Assembly: GCA_003141835.1 (NCBI GenBank)
Contig: PLNR01000008.1
Location: 1-59,563, forward strand
Direction of reading: 5' to 3'
Length of the DNA stretch: 59,563 bases
DNA from: Candidatus Omnitrophota bacterium
GTDB taxonomy: Bacteria; Omnitrophota; Gorgyraeia; Pluralincolimonadales; Pluralincolimonadaceae
Shown in pieces: positions 19,999-27,154 of the stretch. The notes beneath the pieces are model-generated. The model had not been told where the DNA came from. It saw only the letters and a program-made list of their open reading frames with translations, and searched no databases. Position 1 is the first letter of the stretch. The number at the start of each line of letters is the position of its first letter. The translations under genes were made by a program, and so were the position numbers.

Positions 19999-21183
19999 AT
20001 GCATGAAGCGAACAGGCTTAAAAGATTACCGCTATATCTTTTCACTATCCTTGACGAGCTGAAGGAGAAGGCGAAGGCGCAGGGCGTCGAGGTCATAGAC
20101 CTCGGCATGGGAAGCCCGGACCTGCCGCCGGCCAAGCATATAGTGGATGAATTATGCGAACAGACCAGGCATGTCATCAACCACCGCTATTCCAGGCCTA
20201 CAGGAGACGTCGAGAAGGCCTTCAAGAAGGCGATAGCCGATTGGTATAAGACCAAGTTTAATGTTGACCTTGACCCCAGGACCGAGGTACTGCCACTTAT
20301 CGGCTCTAAGGAAGGCATCGCGAACTTTTGCCTGACGTTCCTCAATAACGATGACATAGCTATCGTGCCCAGCCCGGGATATCCCGTGCATTTCAACGGC
20401 CCTATAATGGCCGGCGGCATATTATACAGCATGCCGATAAGCAAGGAGAACGGGTATAAGCCTGACTTAAAGAGCCTCGGGCGCGAGATCACCAGGATGG
20501 CCAAGATACTATTCTTGAGCTATCCGCATAATCCCACCACTGCGGTGGCCGACCTGGCTTATTTGGAAAGCGTCGTCGATTGGGCCAAGGATAAGGATAT
20601 AATAATAGCTTACGACAACGCCTATTCGGACTTTGTCTTTGAAGGACCGCCCGCGCCTAGCATACTCCAGGTAAAAGGGGCTAAAGATAAATGCGTGGAG
20701 TTCCACACGCTTTCGAAATCTTATAACATGGCCGGATGGAGGATAGGTACGGTCGTCGGGAATTCCAATATCATCCGCTCGCTGGAAAAGACGAAGAGCT
20801 ACATAGATTTCGGCCTTTTCCGGCCGATACAGTACGCCGCCATCAAGGCGTTGACCGGCCCGCAGGACTGCGTCAAGGAACTTGTCGCGACATATAAGAA
20901 GAGAAGGGATGTATTTGTCGACGGGCTTAACAAGGCCGGCTGGGAGATCGACAAGCCGCAGGGCACCTTTTACGTCTGGGCCCACATCCCCCCCAAGTAC
21001 AGCGCGCTCACATCTATGGAGTTTTCCGCGCTTCTGGTAGAGGAAGCGGGCGTCGTATCTTCCCCAGGGACCGGCTTTGGCGAATTCGGAGAAGGTTTCG
21101 TGAGGTTCGCCCTCGTTGAACCCGAGGATAAACTTAAGATAGCCGTCGACAGGATAAAGAAACTCCTGGAGAAGAAAGACTAA
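19999..21183 (+). CDS. PLP-dependent aminotransferase, class I/II (AspC/AlaT/LL-DAP aminotransferase-like). Specificity is unresolved.
   Basis: RLPLYLFTILDELK, IDLGMGSPDLPP and SKSYNMAGWRIG (PLP Lys). 394 aa. Confidence 0.85.
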   Translation: MHEANRLKRLPLYLFTILDELKEKAKAQGVEVIDLGMGSPDLPPAKHIVDELCEQTRHVINHRYSRPTGDVEKAFKKAIADWYKTKFNVDLDPRTEVLPLIGSKEGIANFCLTFLNNDDIAIVPSPGYPVHFNGPIMAGGILYSMPISKENGYKPDLKSLGREITRMAKILFLSYPHNPTTAVADLAYLESVVDWAKDKDIIIAYDNAYSDFVFEGPPAPSILQVKGAKDKCVEFHTLSKSYNMAGWRIGTVVGNSNIIRSLEKTKSYIDFGLFRPIQYAAIKALTGPQDCVKELVATYKKRRDVFVDGLNKAGWEIDKPQGTFYVWAHIPPKYSALTSMEFSALLVEEAGVVSSPGTGFGEFGEGFVRFALVEPEDKLKIAVDRIKKLLEKKD

Positions 21184-21207
21184 AAGCATTCTTAAAGTTG
21201 CCATACG

Positions 21208-21243
21208 ATACGCCCGCCAGGATAACGGCGGGCGTATTTCATT
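21208..21243 (+). terminator. Hairpin terminator candidate after the aminotransferase
   Basis: An 11-bp perfect stem (atacgcccgcc / ggcgggcgtat) is followed by ttcatt. The T-tract is weak. Confidence 0.5.
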
Positions 21244-21255
21244 GGAGGCGCTATA

Positions 21256-22380
21256 GTGGCGAAAAAAAGGGTACTGCTGCTTTATATCTCGGTCAATTCC
21301 GGGCACCAAAAAGCGGCGCTGGCCATCGAGAAGGCGCTTCGCCTCCTCGATCCCGAAACAGAGATCCTCAGCGTAAACTCCTTCAATTACACTAATCCGC
21401 TCGTCGAGAAAGTCATAAACAGGACCTACCTGGGAGTGATAAAGAACAGGCCGGAAGTCTGGGAATACCTCTATGACAACCCGAAAGTCTTCCGGAGCCT
21501 TGGCAGGCTGCGCGACCTCATACATAAATTCAATTCCGGGAAGCTGAAGACGCTGCTCGACGAGTTCAAGCCCGACGTTATCGCCTGCACCCAGGCGTTC
21601 CCCTGCGGGATGATAGCGGATTATAAGACGTCATTCAAGCTGGACGTCCCGCTTATAGGCGTGCTTACCGACTGCTATCCACATGCCTACTGGTTCTTCG
21701 ATTCGGTCGATTATTATATAGTCAACTCAGAAACCGCTACAAAAAGGATGGAGGAGCACGGCATCCCGGCGGCGAAGATAAAGGTCTACGGCATCCCCAT
21801 AGACCCGAAATTCGCCGAGAAGGTCGATGTTGAGGGGGTAAGGAAGAAACTTGGGCTTGACCCGGCATTGCCGACCGTCTTGATAATGGGCGGCAACCAG
21901 GGGCTCGGCCCGCTCGCGGAATTCGTGAACGAGCTCAACAAGGTTTCCTGCCCGCTCCAGCTGATCGTCGTGGCAGGAAGCAATAAGCGGCTGTTTGACT
22001 GGCTGGAGAAGAGGAAGCGGTCGCTGAGGTTCAAGACGGTTGTCTACGGCTATACCACCGAAGTATATGAGCTGATGTCTGTCTCGTCGCTTATAGTTAC
22101 GAAGCCGGGCGGGCTTACGATATCCGAGGCCCTTTCAAAGGACTTGCCGATAATAATATTGAACCCCATACCGGGGCAAGAGGCAAAGAATACCGAATAT
22201 CTCGTAAATGAGGATGCGGCGGTGAAAGCGGATAATGCCGCGGACGCCGCACTGCTCACGGAGATGTTGCTAGGCAACAAGCCGAAGCTCGAACATATGC
22301 GCGTTAACGCGAAACGGATAGCGAAACCCGGATCATCGGCCGATATAGCGAGGCTTATTCTCGAATGTTCGAATTCCTGA
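21256..22380 (+). CDS. MGDG-synthase-like / UgtP-like diacylglycerol glycosyltransferase (GT28)
   Basis: GTG start 7 nt after GGAGG. VLLLYISVNSGHQKAALAIEKAL N-terminus and a C-terminal GT28 domain (TKPGGLTISEAL). Confidence 0.8.
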   Translation: MAKKRVLLLYISVNSGHQKAALAIEKALRLLDPETEILSVNSFNYTNPLVEKVINRTYLGVIKNRPEVWEYLYDNPKVFRSLGRLRDLIHKFNSGKLKTLLDEFKPDVIACTQAFPCGMIADYKTSFKLDVPLIGVLTDCYPHAYWFFDSVDYYIVNSETATKRMEEHGIPAAKIKVYGIPIDPKFAEKVDVEGVRKKLGLDPALPTVLIMGGNQGLGPLAEFVNELNKVSCPLQLIVVAGSNKRLFDWLEKRKRSLRFKTVVYGYTTEVYELMSVSSLIVTKPGGLTISEALSKDLPIIILNPIPGQEAKNTEYLVNEDAAVKADNAADAALLTEMLLGNKPKLEHMRVNAKRIAKPGSSADIARLILECSNS

Positions 22381-23219
22381 TATACAGGTTTGGGCAATTC
22401 CTGGCGTTGTCCTTGCCGCTTAATGCGGTATACTCGGTCGCGACTTTCCTGGCAAGGTTGCAGTATTCTTTCTCCCGGAAAGACCGGCTTATAGTATACG
22501 GGAACCTGCGCGCCATATTCCCGGATAAGGACGAGGAGGAGATCTCGCGGCTCGCTAAGGAAGTCTTCGTCAATTTCGCCAAATACCTGGTGGATTTTTT
22601 CCGGTTCGAGAAGATAGATAGTAAGTTCCTGGCCGAGAATGTGAAGGTCACGGGCAGGGAGAATCTCGATGAGGCCCTTAAGGGGGGCAAGGGCGTCATA
22701 GCGCTATCGGCCCATATCGGGAACTACGAACTGGGCGGCGCGGTGATATCCCTTATAGGCTACAAGTTCAATGCCGTGGCGCTCGACCACGATAACAAGC
22801 TGATAAACGATTTTTTCATAGGGCAAAGGACGCGCACGGGTGTACAGGTCATATCCCTCAGGTCGGCCCTGAGGAGCTGTTTTGAGGCGCTGAGCAAGGG
22901 AGAGGTGCTTGCTTTACTCGGTGATAGGGATTTTTCAAATCACGGCATAGTCACTGATTTCTTCGGGAAGAGGACAATGATCCCGAAAGGCCCGGCGGCC
23001 TTTTCCGTCAAGATCGGGGCCCCGATCGTTCCCGGCTTTTTGCTCAGGATGCCGGATGATACCTTCGAGCTGAGGTTCGATAAACCAATATCATACCGTG
23101 CCACCGGGAACCGCGAAGCGGATGAAAAGAAAATCCTCCGCCTTTGCGTAAAGGTCATCGAGGATTACATAAGAAGATACCCGTCACAATGGTATATGTT
23201 CAGGAGGTTCTGGCTGTGA
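22365..23219 (+). CDS. LpxL/HtrB-family lysophospholipid / lipid A late acyltransferase
   Basis: 284 aa. N-terminal membrane helix, SAHIGNYELGG (the HX4D-type region) and ALLGDRDF. The architecture is typical of PF03279. Confidence 0.75.
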   Translation: MFEFLIYRFGQFLALSLPLNAVYSVATFLARLQYSFSRKDRLIVYGNLRAIFPDKDEEEISRLAKEVFVNFAKYLVDFFRFEKIDSKFLAENVKVTGRENLDEALKGGKGVIALSAHIGNYELGGAVISLIGYKFNAVALDHDNKLINDFFIGQRTRTGVQVISLRSALRSCFEALSKGEVLALLGDRDFSNHGIVTDFFGKRTMIPKGPAAFSVKIGAPIVPGFLLRMPDDTFELRFDKPISYRATGNREADEKKILRLCVKVIEDYIRRYPSQWYMFRRFWL

Positions 23220-23881
23220 AGGGTTGCGTGATAATTCCCGCTTATAATGAGGAGATGCGCATAGGCCATATCGTAGGCGAGGTAAAGGAAAACGGCCTCG
23301 ACTGCATAGTTATAGACGACGGCTCGGCCGATAAGACAAAGGAAGAGGCGGGCAAAGAAGGCGCCGATGTCATCTGCCATCCGAAGAACCTCGGCAAGGG
23401 CGTGTCGTTGAGGGACGGTTTCAAGAAAGCCCTGGAAAAAGGCTGCGATTTCGTGATAACGATGGACGGCGACGGCCAGCACCACCCTGACGAACTGAAA
23501 GGTTTCCTCAAGGCGGCAGAGACCGGCGGCGCGGCAATCATCCTCGGCAACAGGATGGGCGACCCAAAAGGCATGCCGCTCAAGAGGAAGCTCACCAACT
23601 GGGTGATGTCGAGCTTTATATCACTGATCGCCGGCCAGAAGATGCCGGATACGCAGTGCGGCTACAGGCTCATAAAGTCGGAAGTCCTGAAAGCAGTGTC
23701 GCTTACCACCGACAAATACGAGATAGAGTCTGAGCTCCTGATAGGCGCCTCGAAGGCGGGGTTCAAGATCGCATCCATTCCCATAAAATCCATCTATGGA
23801 GGAGAGAAGAGCCAGATACACCCGTTCGTGGATACCCTCCGCTTCTTTTTCTTCATAATTAAAACGGCTTTCAAAAAATGA
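23216..23881 (+). CDS. Family 2 glycosyltransferase (polyprenol-phosphate glycosyltransferase-like)
   Basis: The start was moved to GTG 23216 (AGGAGG lies 7 nt upstream; GTGA overlap with the preceding stop). The ORF-track start is 23144. IIPAYNEE, VIDDGSADKT and TMDGDGQH (DxD). Confidence 0.85.
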   Translation: MKGCVIIPAYNEEMRIGHIVGEVKENGLDCIVIDDGSADKTKEEAGKEGADVICHPKNLGKGVSLRDGFKKALEKGCDFVITMDGDGQHHPDELKGFLKAAETGGAAIILGNRMGDPKGMPLKRKLTNWVMSSFISLIAGQKMPDTQCGYRLIKSEVLKAVSLTTDKYEIESELLIGASKAGFKIASIPIKSIYGGEKSQIHPFVDTLRFFFFIIKTAFKK

Positions 23882-24528
23882 ATGAGCAGGACGACGTAAT
23901 CCTCAGGAACGGGATGGTCGAAGAACAGCTGATACCGAGAGGGATAGGAGACGGGAAAGTATTGGCTGCCATGAGGAAAGCCCCGCGCCACCTTTTTACT
24001 TCCGGTAAAAGCCTCGAAAACTCCTATGCCGATTATCCTTTGCCTGTGGGCGAGGGCCAAACGATCTCCCAGCCATATATGGTCGCGCTGATGACGCAAT
24101 GCCTTGAGCTTAAAGGCGGGGAAAAAGTACTTGAGATAGGGACCGGCTCGGGTTACCAGGCCGCGATTTTGGCGGAAATAGCCAAGGAGGTATATTCGGT
24201 TGAGCGATACGACACATTGGCGCAGAAGGCGCAGGTGATCCTGGATGGGCTCGGTTATAAGAATATAAAAATTAGAACGGGTGACGGAACCGAAGGTTGG
24301 AATGAATTCGCGCCGTATGACGGGATAATAGTGACCGCCGGCGCGCCGTCTGTCCCCGAACCGTTAATAGAACAGCTGGCAGAACATGGCCGGTTAATCA
24401 TCCCGGTCGGAGGTCCGTTTGGCCAGGAGCTCCTGCTCATCAGGAAAAACCAGGGCGAGTTCACGCAGGAAATCATCTGCGGCTGCACTTTTGTGCCGCT
24501 TGTGGGGAAATATGGGTGGCAGGAATAG
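23878..24528 (+). CDS. pcm: Protein-L-isoaspartate O-methyltransferase
   Basis: QTISQPYMVALM and VLEIGTGSGYQAA (SAM motif). ATGA overlap. Confidence 0.93.
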   Translation: MNEQDDVILRNGMVEEQLIPRGIGDGKVLAAMRKAPRHLFTSGKSLENSYADYPLPVGEGQTISQPYMVALMTQCLELKGGEKVLEIGTGSGYQAAILAEIAKEVYSVERYDTLAQKAQVILDGLGYKNIKIRTGDGTEGWNEFAPYDGIIVTAGAPSVPEPLIEQLAEHGRLIIPVGGPFGQELLLIRKNQGEFTQEIICGCTFVPLVGKYGWQE

Positions 24529-24529
24529 A

Positions 24530-24730
24530 CCGGCCACAAATTTACAGCGGCATAAAACTCAGATTTTTCCCGCTCATCGCTCGCTTGCGGGCCCCTGCGA
24601 GGCCCGCCGCGCTTGAAATCCTCTCGCTCTACCTTAAGTATTAGCGCGGCATCCGTGCCCGCTCGAGTCTTTCCAAGCGATGATCGGGTAAAAATCCTCG
24701 TTTTCTACCGGGTGAATTTGCGGTCAGCTA
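24530..24730. repeat. Long imperfect inverted repeat, either a structured element or a candidate ncRNA. Arms of about 55 nt flank an interior of about 85 nt containing two GC hairpins.
   Basis: Left arm 24531-24588 is roughly 70% complementary by eye to right arm 24674-24728. Interior hairpins are gcgggcc/ggcccgc (24588-24608) and cgcgct/agcgcg (24609-24649). Confidence 0.6.
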
Positions 24731-24769
24731 ATCTCAAAATGCGAACTATTTGACTTATATATATTTGTG

Positions 24770-24797
24770 TTGCAAGCCAAGTAGAAAATGGTATACT
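24770..24797 (+). promoter_or_regulatory. Sigma70-like promoter candidate for the low-GC islet
   Basis: TTGCAA (24770-24775), a 16-nt spacer, then TATACT (24792-24797). It lies 38 nt upstream of the ATG at 24836. Confidence 0.45.
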
Positions 24798-24835
24798 TCC
24801 ATTAAAAGTCATTGAATTTAAACGTGAGAGGGCAT

Positions 24836-25255
24836 ATGAAGTTCACATCGGGAGAAGTTAAGTTTATTGAAGGCTACATACAGAAACTTGAGAAGCAGGC
24901 TAGCCGTTGGAAGACGAAGAAAATTATGGCAGTTATGTTGTTTCTTATCGGTATTTGGATCTACTCTGCGCATACCCATTTTCTCTCTTCTCTCTGGACT
25001 CGCGAGGCGAATGAGCTTGACCAAACTCCGGTAGCTGTTCAAAAATTGAACTGCACCATTAGCGAAATGCAGGGTTATGTACTGATGGAAGTATTCTATC
25101 TTAGGAATGAAATATTACTGCACATCGAGGCTATCACAATATTGTTTCTTATGACGATACCATTAGTATGGATGTTTTCAAGCAAAAATAAAGATAAACA
25201 GGATTTGCTTCTTGCCAAATTTTTGAAGGACCTGCTTGAAAACAAGGACAAATAG
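24836..25255 (+). CDS. Hypothetical small membrane protein (two predicted TM helices)
   Basis: Trimmed to ATG 24836 (GAGAGGG is upstream). AT-rich coding sequence. Hydrophobic segments are IMAVMLFLIGIWIY and ITILFLMTIPLVWMF. I recognise no motif. Confidence 0.55.
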   Translation: MKFTSGEVKFIEGYIQKLEKQASRWKTKKIMAVMLFLIGIWIYSAHTHFLSSLWTREANELDQTPVAVQKLNCTISEMQGYVLMEVFYLRNEILLHIEAITILFLMTIPLVWMFSSKNKDKQDLLLAKFLKDLLENKDK

Positions 25256-25312
25256 GGACTTGTTAAAAAGCGACTCGTCCATGATAAGCCTATTGGTCAA
25301 ATAAGAGGATAA

Positions 25313-25723
25313 ATGCACCGAAAGCTTGCAATAGTCGCAATTTGGATTTTGGCTGTGTTCTACTGTGCGGGGGGTATTGCGGCTATTGGTGCCGGATTTA
25401 TCATTCTGAATACCGTAACCCTCGGCCCAAGTATTCTGGTGGTAGGCTTGTTGACAGTCGGCTGTGTCTACGTGATAGTGGGTTCGTTTTGCATACTGGC
25501 AGCGTTTGCAACTATCAAACGGAAACCGCGCTGGCGCGCTATTGGGCTAACGGCAGTTGGTGTTGTGATTATGTTCACTATTTTAGACTTATGGCGTGCA
25601 CATTTGTTATTTAGAATTTCAGATATAATTTGTTTTGTTGTAACCTTAACGTTGGTTATCGCCTACGGGTCCTATGCGTGGCGCAATCATGCTGAAGATA
25701 CAGCCACTGAGTTAAAGCGTTAG
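25313..25723 (+). CDS. Hypothetical polytopic membrane protein (about 4 TM helices)
   Basis: 136 aa, almost entirely hydrophobic segments. AAGAGGA RBS upstream. I recognise no motif. Confidence 0.55.
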   Translation: MHRKLAIVAIWILAVFYCAGGIAAIGAGFIILNTVTLGPSILVVGLLTVGCVYVIVGSFCILAAFATIKRKPRWRAIGLTAVGVVIMFTILDLWRAHLLFRISDIICFVVTLTLVIAYGSYAWRNHAEDTATELKR

Positions 25724-25821
25724 CGCGAACGGTCAAATGGGGACGTGTCAAAAAGGGACAGGCCGCATAAGTGAAGTGTCCCCAAATGAAACGTCCCCTA
25801 TATAGACAAATGGAGGGAAAA

Positions 25822-26316
25822 ATGAAAAGTGTAATAGTGGCGGTAGTAACGGTGATAGGGTGCTTGTTGTCGGGCAGCCTGCTAGCAGCCGAGGTCGCTA
25901 CTGTAGCGTCGGTTGACTTGAACCGGGTCCAAAATGAAGTCGGATACCAACGACTTGCATTCCTTGACTCGAATGATGAAGTTAAGGCCGAGATATTAAA
26001 GCTACGGGCAGCGCTCAATCAAGCGCTCATTGACTGTGTAAGGGAAAATGACGATGGCAAGTTAGCGATCCTTCAAGCAAAGATCCAGTCCCTGAACAAC
26101 AAGCTCAACATCATACGAAATGCAATGAGCAACAGGAGCACTGACGGCAGGAAGGGCCTGATGAAGTTTATTAAAAGCCAATATTCCGGTAAATATGCGT
26201 TGGTCATCGACTCCCAAATGGTTAGATATAACGGCCAGATAATCATTTGGGATGCTTCAAGGATAACCGACCTGACAGATGAGATAATCAAAGCATTGGA
26301 TAAAGAACTGCCCTAA
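25822..26316 (+). CDS. Secreted Skp/OmpH-like periplasmic chaperone-like protein, paralogue 1
   Basis: Trimmed to ATG 25822 (GGAGGG is upstream). It has a signal peptide, N-terminal strand VASVDLNRVQ, a central helical region and a C-terminal YALVIDSQ...ITDLTDEIIKALDKE, the same layout as Skp/OmpH. Confidence 0.55.
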   Translation: MKSVIVAVVTVIGCLLSGSLLAAEVATVASVDLNRVQNEVGYQRLAFLDSNDEVKAEILKLRAALNQALIDCVRENDDGKLAILQAKIQSLNNKLNIIRNAMSNRSTDGRKGLMKFIKSQYSGKYALVIDSQMVRYNGQIIIWDASRITDLTDEIIKALDKELP

Positions 26317-26337
26317 AATGTAATTAAGGAGGGAGAG

Positions 26338-26832
26338 ATGAAAAGCGGGATAATTGCGATAATAATGGCAATAGTCTGTCTGTTGTCGGGTAACCTCTTG
26401 GCAGGTGAGGCCATTCTTGTAGCATCGGTCGACCTGAACCGGGTCCAAAATGGAGTCGATTACCAGCGGCTTTTATTCCTCGACGCGAACGATGAAGTAA
26501 AAGCCGAGCTGCTTAAGTTACGGACAGCGCTAAATGAAGCACTTCATGAGTGCGTAAATGAAAATGACGATGGCAAGTTAACGATACTTCAGACGAAGAT
26601 CCAGTCCATAAATAACAAGATCGAAGTCCTGCGAAATGCAATGAGCAACAGGAGCACTGACGGCAGGAAGGGCCTGATGAAGTTTATTAAAAGCCAATAT
26701 TCCGGGAAATATGCACTTGTCATTGACTCCGACATTGTTAGTAATAATGACCAGATTATCATTTGGAATTCTCCAAAGATAACCGACCTGACAGATGAAA
26801 TAATCGAAGCACTGGATCGAGAGTTACCCTAA
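26338..26832 (+). CDS. Secreted Skp/OmpH-like periplasmic chaperone-like protein, paralogue 2
   Basis: 164 aa, collinear without gaps with the preceding gene and roughly three-quarters identical by eye. It shares a 74-nt identical DNA tract with it. Confidence 0.55.
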   Translation: MKSGIIAIIMAIVCLLSGNLLAGEAILVASVDLNRVQNGVDYQRLLFLDANDEVKAELLKLRTALNEALHECVNENDDGKLTILQTKIQSINNKIEVLRNAMSNRSTDGRKGLMKFIKSQYSGKYALVIDSDIVSNNDQIIIWNSPKITDLTDEIIEALDRELP

Positions 26833-26876
26833 AATAATTCTTGCATTTATAATTGATAGGTGATATTTTAAAGATG

Positions 26877-27055
26877 CTTTAAGCGCGGGAAGCCCGTGAA
26901 ACACGGGCACGGCCCCGCCACTGTAACCCCGCACCTTACTGAGTAGTAAGGTAGCGCCTTAGACTACCGGAAGAATATTCTTTCGGAAAAGACCACTGTT
27001 AAAAACGGGAAGGTTTAGTTTAAGGTGCGGGGGAGTCAGGATATCGCGCTTAAGG
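26877..27055 (+). promoter_or_regulatory. Cobalamin (B12) riboswitch aptamer
   Basis: P1 pairs ctttaagcgcg (26877-26887) with cgcgcttaagg (27045-27055). Core GGGAAGCCCGTGAAACACGGGCACGGCCCCGCCACTGT. B12-box-like GAGTCAGGATATCGCGC. Confidence 0.9.
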
Positions 27056-27108
27056 TTGGCCGGACGCCGGCCTAAATTCCTTCGAGGGTGAGGAGAATTT
27101 TTTTATTG

Positions 27109-27143
27109 CCTCATTCCATCAAAAGGAATGAGGTTTTTTTATT
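27109..27143 (+). terminator. Intrinsic terminator (riboswitch expression platform)
   Basis: 9-bp stem cctcattcc / ggaatgagg, a 7-nt loop, then TTTTTTTATTT. It lies just upstream of the cobQ ATG. Confidence 0.85.
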
Positions 27144-27154
27144 TGCAGGGGAAA

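Noticed and set aside
24419-24616. A 65-aa ORF running from inside pcm into the palindrome.
   Set aside because: It is out of frame within pcm, Arg/Ser/Ala-rich, has no RBS, and its 3' part is simply the GC-rich hairpin region.
24530-24730. Naming the 200-nt palindrome as 6S RNA or SRP (4.5S) RNA.
   Set aside because: The overall long-hairpin shape is 6S-like. However, the interior folds into two short hairpins rather than a long terminal stem with a single central bubble, and I find none of the SRP domain IV motif. It stays as an unassigned structured element in the findings.
25822-25890. A lipoprotein (lipobox) assignment for the first Skp-like paralogue (VIGC).
   Set aside because: The second paralogue has AIVC at the same place, a poor lipobox, and both have an Ala-rich LLA-A/GE site typical of signal peptidase I. 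I therefore call both simply secreted.
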